The notes below the pieces were generated by a model. It ran no database searches, was not told the origin of the DNA, and saw only the letters and a list, made by a program, of their open reading frames with translations. Below are positions 21,666-34,615 of a stretch of DNA of 64,000 nucleotides, piece by piece (the stretch's first letter is position 1; each line of letters starts with the position of its first letter). Where the stretch lies: assembly GCF_025526975.1 (NCBI RefSeq), contig NW_026515682.1, positions 372,001 to 436,000 on the forward strand. The letters run 5' to 3'. Source of the stretch: Fimicolochytrium jonesii. Its lineage: Eukaryota. The position numbers and the translations under genes are program-made.

Positions 21666-21714
21666 ACCGCTGGTTGTTGCTCTTACTTGTTACAAGGCTG
21701 GCCACGGCGGCGTC

Positions 21715-21867
21715 TGTCATGGGATTAGGGTTAGGGATTAGGGTTATCAACCCTAATCCCCAACCTCACAACCCTAACCCAGTGATAACCCTAATCCCCA
21801 ACCCTAACCCCAACCTCACAACCCTAACCCGGTGATAACCCTAATCCCCAACCCTAATCCCATGACA
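21715..21867. repeat. 153-bp telomeric palindrome: 35-bp inverted repeats built from TTAGGG variants around CCCTAA-variant direct repeats
   Basis: Left arm TGTCATGGGATTAGGGTTAGGGATTAGGGTTATCA (21715-21749) and right arm TGATAACCCTAATCCCCAACCCTAATCCCATGACA (21833-21867) differ by one mismatch. Confidence 0.95.
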
Positions 21868-21964
21868 AAGTCCGCCTGTGAAGGCACCTCTCCACATTGC
21901 GCTCTGGACGAGGAACGTAGTCCTCAAGAGTCTATGGACGAGGAGGAGGTTGCGAGGAGGTTGC

Positions 21965-22085
21965 TTAGTATTGCGGAACGTTTCAATCGAACTGTCATGG
22001 ATCAAGTTCGTGCAATAATGTGCATGAGTAACATTCCTGAGAATCTCTGGAATGAAATAGCTGTCTTGGTATGTGCATCAATGAA
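21965..22085 (+). mobile_element. Ty1/copia integrase core remnant
   Basis: SIAERFNRTVMDQVRAIMCMSNIPENLWNEIA matches the copia G.AER.NRT....R.ML..S.LP..LW.EA motif. Confidence 0.85.
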
Positions 22086-22322
22086 TGCACGGAAAGCTCT
22101 CCCATAGGAAGAGTTAGATATATATGTCTATAAAGGTGATGCAGGATATGGAGGCGTATGTAAGAGCGACGTAGTTTATGGGGGGTGGAGGAATCTGCCA
22201 AAAACGAAGGCCAGGGGGGTGGGGTCTATGGAGATTGATTAGGGGGGGTTGGCGCTATGAACTAGCGAGACTATGGGGGTCACCGCCCCCGAGATTGCGT
22301 GGGGTAGCATCGGTCGGTACCT

Positions 22323-25300
22323 TCACTTCCGCACAGGACTAACAACTCTCGCCGGCGCACTATCCGCCCGTCCCAAAACCCTCTCCACCTTCTCCCGCTC
22401 CAGACTCCCCATCCTCACCGTGTTCCCCCTCTGCATACCCCCAGGGAACCTCACATCCACATCCTCTCCCTCCTCCGCCTTGGGTGACCCGACGGGGTGT
22501 CTCGTTGTGATTAGACCTGTGCCGTGGGGGATGGGTACTGCACTTGGATGTGTGGGGGAGGTGGTATGGGCGTTTGCGGTCCCGTTATGTTGATGGAAGT
22601 GTTCATCGTCCTCATCATCTGTAAACTCGTCCTCGTCAAGGTCCTCGTCGTCATACATATCCTCGTCCTCATACGCCTCTTCGTCGTCCGTGAACTCGTC
22701 CTCGTCTTCATCGTATTCTTCATCTGACGCCGGTTTCGCCAAATTCTTTCCCTGCTTCTTCCCATTCTTGTTATTGTTGATGTTGGGGGGTTTGCCACCC
22801 TTCTTGCCACCCCCCCTCCTCCCCCTCCCCGCCGCATCGACGTCCGCGTCATCAACATCCGGCAACTCAATCTTGGGTAAATCCGACTTCCAGAAATTCC
22901 AATCGTTGAAATCCGAGACGGTCACTTTCTCCTGTCCGATCGGCGGGAAGATCTGGTCGACCAGATCATTCAGCTTGATATACGAGCTCTTATAATTCGC
23001 AAGCAGCTCCAATTTGATCTCGCCCGTCGAATCGATCGTGAATATTCGACTACTGGGTACATCAACCGAGCGATAACTCAGCGCATCAGTGATCCGGTTC
23101 CCAAAGCCCGCGTAAAAGGGTGTCCGATCGACAAAGAGGCGTTTGATATCGCGCAGACAGGCCATTTTGAATTCCTCGGGTTTGCGGAGGATGACTTCGC
23201 GGTGGAAGGAGGCGAAGAGACGGTCGGGGGACATGATGACGGGGCCTTCGGGGAGCTGGTGGCCGTTCTGTTCGATTTTGGAGAGATATTCGCGGGTTGC
23301 GCCGGCCTATACAATGTTTCAAGAAAAAGTTAGGTATCGCACAGTCTCCCTCGAACCACGCACCAGCATGTTTCAACTAACCTGCCCAATAGCCCGACTA
23401 GTCAAATACAAAATATGATACCCATTCTTCCTTATATTGGTATACAAGCTCGCAATCCCCGAATGCGTCCAATCCTTCCCCACCATCGTAAAAATATGCC
23501 CGAGTGCATCGGATTTGGTGATGGTGCCGTCGATGTCGGAGATGACGATGTTGCAGTTGTGGTCGTAGAGGAAGAGCTTGGCGGAGACGGAGGCTGCCGA
23601 CTGCGAGACGGTGAAGGTGATGGTGTTTGGGCCGGGTTGGAGGTTTAGTTGTTTCTGTGGGGATAATCGAAATCAGCACATATTCATAGTGTCTCGGGGG
23701 TGGAGGTAAGGGATTTGACAAGAACATACCAACTGCTCCGAAGTCAACCGCAAAGATTTCGCAAAATGCATCGGGAACGACCGCTGCTCCTCCAGCTGCT
23801 CCTTCAATTTATCGGTCGGCGCCGCCGGCGTCTGGTTCGGCTCCTTCATCGGGCCTTCGTCTTCTGCGCTGATCTGGGCCGTGGGGGATGGTGGCGTCGG
23901 ACTGTTGCCGTTGAGGTCTTTGGGTTCCGGGGAGGATTTGCTTTTGTCTTTCTCGTCCTGTGGTGAGAATATCGTGTTACTAAACTGATCGTCTCGGAGG
24001 AAACGGACAAGGGTCTGTTTACTCTATCACCCACCGAGCCATTGTTATCCTTACTGCCCCTAGTCCACCACGTCTTAAACTGATTAAAGCTATACCGCCT
24101 ATTATCCGGCGAAAGCCCCGGCCTCGAATGCGCGCGGACGAGCTTCCTAACCAGATCCTCGGGCAACGGTTTCTTGAACGCCAAATTCGACATGATCATC
24201 GGTCCCGCGACCGCCCAGTTGAAGTAATGCCCGTTAATCCGCAGCGTGAGTGATGTGTCGGCGAACAATTCGGGGGTTTTGGCAAACGCCTCGTACCCGA
24301 CCACGTTCTTGTTGAACAGCTCGTCGGCGTCCCGCGGGCGAAGGGAAATGACGCGGTCGTAGGGTACCATAGAGATCTCCAGCTCGACGTCGTGGTTGAA
24401 GGCGACGCTGAGGCCTTCGCCGGGGGTGTAGGTGTCGCCGCCGTTGGGCTGGTCAAGGTTGTCTTTGGAGGGGGAGTCGGGGTTGGGGGTTGAGATGGGG
24501 GAGTGGGTGCGGGGGTTATTTTCGTCGGGGAGGCCAGCGAGGTAGTTGTTGACTTTTTCGTCGACGGACATGTTCGTGAGGCGGGGTTGCGAGTCTGCGT
24601 CGAGGGGTTCGCCGCCGTCGCCTTTGAGCAGCTTTTTCTCCCCTTCGTTCTGAGCACCGCTCCATCTCCAGCCCCACCCTTTCCCACCCTTCTTCCCGTT
24701 CTTGGCATTCACGGAAGCGTTGTAGTCGGCATACTCCACCTCCGTATCACTCAGAGGGCCCGTGTTTGCCCGTTTCAGGATATAGGAGGAGTTGAGCGCG
24801 CTCTCGTCGACCGAGTCGAGGGGTGCGCTGGCGTCTTCGCCGCCGCCGCCGCGCATGCCCACAGAGCTGGAGCGAGTATGGCTGCCGCGCCGGCGTTCTT
24901 GGTATTCGGAGGTGACGGGGTAGGAGATCGAGTGGAAGAGTTTGGGCTTTTCGGAGCCGGTTGGACTGAATTCTTGGTCGGAGGGGGTTGCTGGGGTGAT
25001 TAGCGTCTTTTCGGTGGGGCTGTCGATTGGTTCTGCAAATACAAAAAATCAGTTTCGATATGTATGGAACATGGACTCAGCCACGGCTCTTTAACGTACC
25101 AGGCTGTAGTGACGAAACCGACAGATCCTCCGCCTCCCTCACAGCCGGTTTCACCTGTCCATCGTCCACCACTGCGCCCTTCCCAGGCCTCACATCATCC
25201 TCCGTCTTCCTCGGCTCGGGCATCCCGGGCAATGACGTCTCCACAATCCCCTGCGCGCTCGGATTCTTATCCGTATCCGCCTGCTTCATCCCGACCAGAT

Positions 25301-26801
25301 TCGCATCATGCGCAAAGGATTTGATCACGTCCTCTGCGTCGATTGGGAGCTCCGAGGGGGGTTTGTCTGATACGACGGCTGAGGGAGGGCCGTGTCCGTC
25401 TTTCGTGGGGGATTCGGATGGGGTGGCGTGCGTGTCTTCGCCGAGACCAGCACTGCTGGGTGTTCGCTTACGTGGGGCGGCTGGAGCGCTGAGGTGGTGA
25501 TTCGCAGCGGCATCATGGATCGCTTCATTGCTCCCCCTTACCGCGCTGGGTTTGCGGTCACGTTTGCTTTGGATCATACCCACCAGCCGCGCGTCCTGCT
25601 CGAAGCGTTGGACGACGTCGTCGGCGTCTATGGGCCGATCGGAGCGATTGGCGGAAGAGATGGTGGAGCCGATGGTTGTGTCGGGTTTGCCGTGGTGCTC
25701 GGTGGGGACTTGGAGGGCGTCGCCGGTGGGTGAGGCTTCGGGGTACTCGTCTTCCTCAATGTCCGAGTTGTGGGCGCTCACATATCCGTTTGCTCGTGTG
25801 GGACTGAAAAGATCGTTCTCGTCTCCGGGAGAATTCAAATCGAATGGTTCCATGGGGGCCTGAAATCGGGAAATCGGGAAGAAAATATCAATCGCGAGGG
25901 ACCCCAAAAAAAACCGAGAACAAAAACAAGGAATCTGCCGCCAGTAGGGTTCGAAGTCGGGTCCATCCCCCATTGATCCTTGCTGTCCGAAGGCTCAAGA
26001 TCGGATGGTTGGGCGACGGATGGTTAAGCGGCGGATGAACGACACCCTGCTCACTCCGCTCGCGACGAGGATGACGGACTGTGGTGGGCAGGAGTGTAGC
26101 TCGCTTCCCTCGCTAAAAAGATCTCACGCTCGCTGACGCTCGCTAAGAGCCGTGGTTAGGGGAAGCATTGCGCCTTTGGCGCAATGTGGCTCGCTCCGCT
26201 GGCGCTTCACTTTCGCTCGCGGAAGGCGTTCGGCTCCTAGTTCGCCTGCCTCAAGCATCCCTGCACCTCGCTGCGCTCATTGCAGTCCGCATTCGCTCCA
26301 GGTCCCCCCACCGGCTCCTTTGCACGAATCAAGCGCTCGCTATTGCTCGGTCACTCCGCTCGGCGGCTCACTCACGTACCTCACCCTCCTCAGCATGTTG
26401 AATTGGACTCGTGGCATATTCACTTGGCACGGGATTCTCCGTCTCCACAACAAAGAACGCCTCCCCAGCCTCGCCCAATTTCATGAGTAAATCAGCGGGC
26501 TTCCCATTGATCGTCACCGTAATCGCCTTATCGTGGGGCCTGAGTAGCTTGAGTTTCCCAAATCTGACATGAAAGGGCGAACAGACCAATTCACCGTCGC
26601 CGTGTTTGATGACGAGGACGTCGATAGCACCCGAGAGAGTTGAAGGGTTGACCTCGTTGTAGAAGGAGTTTACGGCGGAGACTGCGGAGACTACCTGGGA
26701 TTCGGGGAGGGAGGTGAGGTCGAGGTTGAGATACGTTTTGGGGAATGGGAGTGAAGTGAAAAACGAACCTTGCCGGCCGCAAAGGCCACCATAGAGGTCA
26801 T
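22323..26801 (-). CDS. PAH1: Lipin / phosphatidate phosphatase Pah1 (Ned1/Smp2)
   Basis: N-LIP NPSTLSGAIDVLVI..CSPFHVRFGKL; C-LIP IVISDIDGTITKSDALGH, YLTSRAIGQA, FHREVILRKPEEFKMACL, FYAGFGNRITDALSYRSV; inferred start MTSMVAFAAGK|VVSAVS; exact 3' end uncertain. Confidence 0.95.
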
Positions 26802-27509
26802 GGTTGGTAGCTAGTGGTTGTGGGTTCACCACGAAGTCCGAGAGAGAATAGGCCAACCCTTCCGTGCAGCAGAGTGGGATGTGCGCTCAGAAAGCGAATT
26901 TCGACCCCAAAGCAATGCTTCTTTGTCGTGTGCAAACTCCAGTACCAAAATGTCAAATTGCGTAGTGAGCGAGTTGCCCGAGTAAGCGCCGTTGAACGCC
27001 GTGACGTCGATAGTTCCGTTGCTCGTTCAGCCCCGACTCTATGTCCCAAGAGTGTTCACTGTGGAGGACGTTGGATATATGGAATAGAGTATATCTTTCG
27101 GGGATGGGGGGGCTTTTGCCGAGTTCCGTTTCTTTTGCCAGTCGGTCGAATGTGCGATGGATGACACAACGAAGCGCTCTCTGACAATCCCGTCCTCATA
27201 TGGCAATGACCCGCGGAAGAACGCCGGGCGGCCAGCCAGACACGGGCTCAGCAGCAAGAGGTTGCGAAGAACCGGCGGCGAACAGCGCAAAAAGAGTACT
27301 TGACGATATGAAAAGAGGGAGGTCGCACAGGCGCGCACACGACGGAACCAACCCGCTCGCCCCCTTCCTTCCGGCCTCCGACGAACATGTGCAAGTCTGG
27401 CGAAACAAAACAGTTGGCGACCCCACACTCTCATCTCAGATCTGTACCTGTACATTTTGACGCGGAGACAAAAAACACAGATACATCTCTTGCCCACTTG
27501 CGTATGATA

Positions 27510-27517
27510 TCACGTGA
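27510..27517. promoter_or_regulatory. Palindromic E-box TCACGTGA in the divergent PAH1/DBP9 promoter
   Basis: Exact bHLH-type palindrome about 90 bp upstream of the DBP9 ATG; function inferred only. Confidence 0.4.
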
Positions 27518-27605
27518 CGCAAGGGATTAAATGATGTTGGCGGACCTTGGCCATCGAGGTGCGTTTTTCAGGACAACTCGCTTTACAGGCATACCGCACG
27601 TAGCA

Positions 27606-29774
27606 ATGGCCGCCTCAGCAACTGCACCACAGGCTATTGCAAGCGACCTGCTGGATACAGAGTCGGCGGGCTTTGCCTCGCTGGACCTGGAGCCTCGCCT
27701 CTTGCGCGCAATAGCAAAACTTGGTTACAGCCATCCAACCCTGGTACAGTCGAATGCTATCCCGCTGGCGCTACAAGGCAAGGACATTCTCGCTCGTGCT
27801 CGGACAGGGTCAGGGAAAACAGGTGCCTATTGCATACCTGTGGTCCAAAAAATTCTACTCGCCAAAGAAGGCGGCAGGACGGGAGCCGCGACACGAGCAT
27901 TATTGTTGGTACCGACTCGGGAATTGGCGGAACAGGTACATAGAACGGTCAAGGACTTGACGGCCTATTGTGCAAAGGAAGTCGTTTCTGTCAGCTTGGC
28001 GACGAGTGACCAGTCTGCTGCGAATCATAGGTAAGGCCGTTCGTGCTAACACTTTCTCGCAGGTGGGCCCAGAGCTAACAGAGAACTCTTGTAGGGCCAT
28101 TCTGGCTGAAAAGCCCGACATTGTGATAGCGACTCCCAGCAAGATTCTCGCACAACTGGAGGCCGGAAATCTTGTGCTCAGGGAAACCTTGGAGTCTCTG
28201 GTCATCGACGAAGCAGATTTGATCTTGTCTTACGGCTACGATGAAGATGTGCGGAAAGTTTTGGAACACTTGCCGAATATTTATCAAAGCTATTTGATGA
28301 GTGCAACCATGTCTGATGTGAGTTCTTGTTGCTACGTCGGGCTCCCTTTACTTCTAGTCGAACTAACTGGCCAACGACAATCAGGACGTGGACGCATTGA
28401 AACAACTCATCCTCCGCAATCCCGCAATCCTTAAACTCTCTGAAGCGCCAAATGCGAACGAGTCGCAGCTTACGCAATACTCCGTGGCATGCACCGACTC
28501 CGACAAATTCCTGCTGACCTACTTCATCCTGAAACTGCGGATTCATCCATTTGGCACGGGAAAGTGCATCATCTTTGTCAACGATATCGACCGTTGCTAC
28601 AAGCTGAAGCTGTTCTTGGAGCAATTCGGAATCAAATGCTGCACTCTGAACTCGTCGCTGCCTTTGAAAAGCCGGTACCATATTGTTCAGGAATTCAACC
28701 GTGGGGTGTACGACTATGTCATTGCGACGGACGAAGGCGGTATCCTGGATGACGAGAAGGATGTTGATGAGGAAGTTGAGGATGAAGACGAATCGACCGA
28801 TAAAGCAGCGGAAGAGGAAACCGCCGTGAATGACGCGGAGGCTGATGGTAACGAAAAGGCAGCAGAGGCCGTTAATGCCAAAAAACGGCCCGCCCCATCC
28901 TCCTCATCAACAAAGTCCTCAAAAAAGCACAAAACCAACCCGACAGACCTCGAATACGGCGTCTCCCGCGGTATCGACTTCCAGAACGTTCAATCCGTCA
29001 TGAACTTTGATCTCCCAACCACATCCCGGTCCTACATGCACCGCGTCGGTCGTACCGCCCGTGGAGTGGGTTCAAAAGGATGGGCCTTGTCGTTCGTCAC
29101 ACCGGAGGATGATACTACCATCGAGCCCCTGCGCAAGAAGAAGCGGAAACAGCAGGAGATTGTGCAGAAGAAACCGCCAAACGATCAGAAAGTGTTTGAG
29201 AGGATACAGAAGAAGCAGACGGCGATGGGAAGGGAGGTCAAGCCGTATACGTTCGATATGAAGCAGGTGGAAGGTTTTAGGTATCGCGCGGAGGATGCGC
29301 TGAGGGCGGTGACGAGGACGGCGGTGAAGGAAGCTAGGATGAAGGAGTTGAAGATTGAGATTTTGAACAGTGAGAAGTTGAAGGTTTGTCTCTCAGCTTT
29401 CTTTCAGATGGACCATGCATGCCCTTGCTCTTGTGTCGGTAGAACCTCCAACTCACGAATGAATTCCCCGTCAGGCCCACTTCGAAGACAATCCAACAGA
29501 TCTCCACGCCCTGCGGCACGATAAACCCCTCCACCCCGCCCGCGTCCAACAACACATGAAGCACGTCCCCGACTACTTACACCCCAAAAAGGGCGGAGCA
29601 AACACGACACCCAGTGGGAATGTGCCCTTCAGAATGGCGAACAACAGGAGAGGTGGGCGTGGAGGACGGGGAGGACGAGGAGGACGGGGAGGGAGAGGCG
29701 GTCGGGGCGGGGCTGGCTCTGCTAGGAAATCGGATCCGTTGAAGAGTTTTACGTACACTGGACCCGCTGTGTAG
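27606..29774 (+). CDS. DBP9: ATP-dependent DEAD-box RNA helicase Dbp9/DDX56
   Basis: [97 protein letters not shown]. Confidence 0.96.
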
Positions 29775-30317
29775 TTCGGGTTGTTTGGGGAGAGGAGCGG
29801 GCTGTGGAGGCGTAGGCATAGGCGTAGGTAGTTTTGCGCAGGCAGAATATTTAGACGTCCTTGGGTACATCACATCTTTATCATTATTCACCATCGAGTC
29901 TTTTTGCACAAATCATAGTGTGTATTCAGTAATACAGTATTCTCAGAAAAGCACTGAGACCGGCAAACATCTGACAAGGTGCTCCCACAAGAAACATAAC
30001 AGCACGGGAACTCGGAACATCAACGTGTGCGTCGTCCAAAGACAACAATATCCTGTTCGTATGTACACATGCCAAAATTACGACTCGCAACCAGACCCTC
30101 AACCTTCTCCCAAGGACGGTGATCCAGCTCTTCTCTGCCCGGACCATACGTGCGCCCGTGATGAGCAGCACGGTGATTCCATTACCTCCCCATGCCGCGC
30201 GGGTTGGTCGGCGTCCATGCAGACTGGGGAGGGCTTATCCTAGGCATGCGTGTGTCACCACCATGACCCCTAACTAGGCGGCACCACCCATCCAAACACC
30301 CTCTCCTTCGCATGTCA

Positions 30318-33300
30318 TCACTCCTCATGCAATCCCCACAAAACCTCACTAGCCAACCGTTCAACCTCCCCATCGCCAACCCCATCCGTCACAATCTCCA
30401 CAAAAAGCCGTTCATGCTTCGCCAACGCAGGTCGACATCCCCTCACCGAGCTGAACTCCGCCAGCGTGCGCATACACCGCTGGCTGATGCTCGCTGTAGC
30501 CATTTGCGAGACGCCGCGGGTTGATTGTGGTAGTGTGAGGGAAGGGTGCAGGTCTGATGAAGGCGGTATGGAAAGACGGAGCATGAGGGTGATAAAACCG
30601 GGGATGTGGACGAGGCGGAGTTTGATGGAGTCATTGGATTGGGTGAGATTGTGCAGTGCGATGCTGGCCATTTCCCAGCTCGCGAGGTCTTCGGGAGTGG
30701 CGTCCATCTTGAGGCCGTCGGTGGGTAATGCGAGCAAGAGTCGTTCGCAGAGAAGCGCTAGTTTATCCAAATCCGTCTCCGCGGCGAGATCCGCGTTCTG
30801 GTAAGTCAATGTGACCTTCGCCAAGGCTTCGAGAGCAGGGAAGGCGTACGGCGTGTCCAGATCGTCCAAGAAGTCAGACAACACGTCCAAAATGATCTGG
30901 ACCGAATCGCCTACCGGGAAACTGATCCGCCCACCAATGTTCGACAAGATTATCAAGGCGTTCTTTCGGTGCTCCAGCGCCGCCGACGCGCCGCGCGTTT
31001 CGCCAGTTTGGATGGTGAGCATCTTCTGCAATGTTTCCAAAAAGATCTTATCCCCAGCCATCGTCAACCCGACCTCGCCGAAACTGATATTCCTCAAAAT
31101 CATGCTCCCCACCAAAGCACGATCCTCATCTGCGTCCATGACGTCAAACGTCCGTTTCTTTCGCTTGCCGACTCGCAAATGCTCCTGCCCGATTGTGGAG
31201 GCAAGAGACCGGTAGCCCTGCGGTGAATCGGGAACCTCGCAGCTTTCCATCCACGATGTCACCAAGTGGCAGATGACCCATAATAATTCAGGGCAGTCCT
31301 GAAGTGGTATCTTCAACCCGCTTTTCTTGCTCGACGCAACCAGCAATAAATCCAGCGCCCATCGAATCTCATGCTCAATCCCACTCCTCAGCGACATCTC
31401 CAGCCTGCGGAGGTCGACCTGTCCACCGTAAAACGCTTTCGTAGGCGCAAGAACGTTGGGGACCGCGCCCTTAAAATCCAACCCTCCATACGACTCGACT
31501 ATCCGCACTTGCGGTTCAAAAACCGGTTTTCGTGGCGGTGGCGCTGGTTCTGGCGGTAACTCAACCACCGGAGCCGGGATGCTGTGCTGCTTCTGATGCA
31601 ATAAATTATTCGACGGCTGCTGCATCCCGTCCCTGTGCATTGGCTGCCCCAGGTCTATCCCACCCTGCATGCTCTGGTGGTATTGAGCTGAAGACATGTG
31701 CGCGGGACCGACATTGGGGAAGTTGTGATGTTGTCTCTGCGGAGGCGCCTGCATTTCGGACGGGTTAGGGACCATCTGATGCATCTGAGATTGCATTCGA
31801 TGTTGTTGCGGGTGGGGGGGTTGCATGGATTGTTGAGCGACCGCATAAGGCGGCAGCCGATTGGTTGGCGTTCCAGGTACACCCAGCATCGCTGGGCGGT
31901 GAGGCTGTGGGGATCAAATCAAACGTCAGAAAACATGCCACACATTTTCACTAAATAATCTAGCCTTACCGAAGAAGACATATCCGATTTATCACTAAAA
32001 GCAGTATTCAAGTTCCTCGGCATCTGAACCTTCCCAGCCGCCTTATCCAGACTCAACTGCGGATACGTCGCATTCTCATACGCATGCAACAGATTCATGT
32101 AATTCTTCTTGAGCGAGGACGGTGCATTCGAATGTCCTGCGTAGCCCAGCCTCTCCGCAATAATCCTCCATCTGCGGTCGTGCGTGATGTGGTCGTATCC
32201 ACCGCCTTCCACCACCGTGTGAAAGAGGGCGTACATGTCGACCGGTTTGCCCGCGACGTGGGGTATGCGTTGAAGTGGGTGTTTGATGTAGTCCATATAC
32301 TGCTTATACCGGGCCATCCAAGCGTCCACGTCTGCTTGCCTGATGGTTGGAGGTCGCCCGCCTGCCATTTGCATCCCTGAAGGAAGGGCGTTTGTACTCA
32401 GCGGACTCCCCGCACCGTATGAGGGCGGCCCGGGCCGTGGTCGCTGACCTGCAGCAGAGTTGGCAGCATGTGCGACGTGGTTTCCGCCTCCATGCGTTGG
32501 ACCAAGTTGCGAGTATGAAACCGGCTGCTGCGGTATCCCATACATGTTTTGTTGCGAGACCGGTACCGACATTCGCTGAAACTGCTCCGGTCGACTCGTC
32601 CCGGAAGGGGACTGGCTCATTGTCTGTCCACTACCATCCGCCACGCTGGTTGGCCACCCTGGCGCCCATTGACCAGCCGGTCGTTGGAAGCGCAAAGCGT
32701 CCTGCGCAGCCATCGCTTCTGACATCGGGGGATTCGAACCATATCGAGCGCCGTCCATCATTCCAGGCGGTTTCGCGTGCTGTTGCTGGGTCTTTGAAGT
32801 TTGATTAGCACGGGGGTCAACCCCTGGTGGAAAGTGCGGGTCGGGTTGACCCTGATACGCGAGTTGCGAAGGCGGCCGCGGTGGAGTTTCCCGCGATCGC
32901 GCTCTCAGCGAGTCCTGCACGTGTGACTGCAGCTGCTTGCTTTGCTCTTGTACTGACTGCAGATACCGTTGAAACTCCACCGTCTTCTCTTCCGGCATCT
33001 CCTGACCATCCTGTGTGTTGTTTGAAGGTTGGTGCCTCTGATGCTGCGGTTCAAAACTGTTGGCCGCTGCGCCTTGAGGCATCGGCTCCGCAGGAGGTAT
33101 AGAAGCCAACCTCCGCGCAGGCGATCCCTCCACGGATGCAGAATGTTGGTTGCCATGCGTTATAGATGAACCAGAGTCTTTCCGCACTCGTTTTGGGGCC
33201 GGTGGTTTCAGCTGGATAGGCTGCGTCCTTGCTTGTTCCGCCAGGTACGTCGTCCACGTCATTTTTGCGTTGATGCCGCCATCGACCGGGTTATCAGGCG

Positions 33301-34615
33301 GCGGTAGGGGCAGGGGTAGCTGGTTTGGGTATCTTTGATTGGTATTGTATTGCGCATCGGGTTGTTGCTGCTGGACTGCAGGAATTTGCCGAGACTGCGG
33401 TTGTGTATGCTGTTGTTGTGCCCCTGGTTGCGGTATATGTGGTGGTGCGGCTAAGTGAGGAACAACAACGGAAACGCCTGCGGTCGGGATTTGCGGCGTC
33501 GTTGACGGTTGAGAATTCGCAATCGCTGCGCTAGATGCTGATGGCATCCCATAGCTAGCTGCAGGTGTGGTTTCTGCTTGCCCCCTAGGCCCAGAGGCGC
33601 CATTACCCAGATTGCTGACCCCAGCCGGCCACTGACCCATCGCTCCTCGTGAAGCGGTATTTACGTTCCATCCGCTTGGGATTGATGTAGGTGGTTGCTG
33701 GGCAACAATTCGCGATCCCGCAGGAAAAGCATTCGGTGGATACGATGGGGCTTGAATGTTCGAACTTCCTCCAGTGGGAGGTACCAGCGCTTGCGAGCGT
33801 CCAATTCCGGGATAAAATTGCCCTCCCACGATGTTCGCCCTATTCGGATCGTTCTGCAACTGATTGAAAGACGCTCCTTGTCGCGCTGCTTGCAGTTGAG
33901 ACGCAATTTGTGCCTGCTGTTGCTGCTGCTGCATTATTCTCAACTGCTGCTGTTGCTGAAAGAGCGCCGCCTGGTTGAACAGCGCATAATCGACATTGCC
34001 ATATGCATTGTTCGTCGCCGTGGGAGCACCGGCGAATTGGCCTCCTCTCTGTTGCTGCATCGCGTGGATCGCGTTCCCACCAACACCCAAGTTCCCAGGT
34101 GCCGACGTTCCCAGCATGGGTATTGGACCTGCCGCACCCAAGTTATGTGGCTTGCTTTGGGTATAAGGATTGCTGAACTTTGACTGGTCTAGAGCAGGCA
34201 TACCAGACGCTCCGGGAAGGAACTGCCCTGCCCCGGGCGGGCGACCGAAAAAACCCCTTGCCGGCTGCTGTTGTTGGTGCTGTCCTGGCAGTTGTTGTGG
34301 ATGTTGCTGGTGCGCGTGCTGTTGGTGCTGTTGGTGCGAGGCAGCCGACAACTGATGCTGGTGTAGTTGCGGGATTTGCTGTGATTGCTGCACTTGCTGT
34401 TGCTGATTTTGCTGTTGCGGTGGCGGTGGCTGCTGTTTGTTTGTGCTTTGAGGATTATGATGTTGCTGCATTGGGGTTTCCCGTTCCCCCTGCTCAGCCA
34501 GCAGAGGGTTTTGCGAGTTCTTCGTAGTGAGGCGACTTTGGTGGTGGTTGTTGTTGTTGTGGTGGTGCTGCTCAGGAGAACCCTTACCCAGCATAGTATT
34601 TCGTGGGAAAAACAC
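30318..34615 (-). CDS. SWI1: SWI/SNF subunit Swi1/ARID1-like (Q-rich N-terminus, ARID domain, BAF250-like C-terminal region)
   Basis: ARID PHVAGKPVDMYALFHTVVEGGGYDHIT..WRIIAERLG..LKKNYMNLLHAYE; C-terminal LRRLEMSLRSGIEHEIRWALDLL; intron at about 31905-31969. Confidence 0.8.

Noticed and set aside
29652..29710. GGACGG/GGAGG repeats as a DNA repeat element
   Set aside because: They encode the RGG tail of Dbp9.
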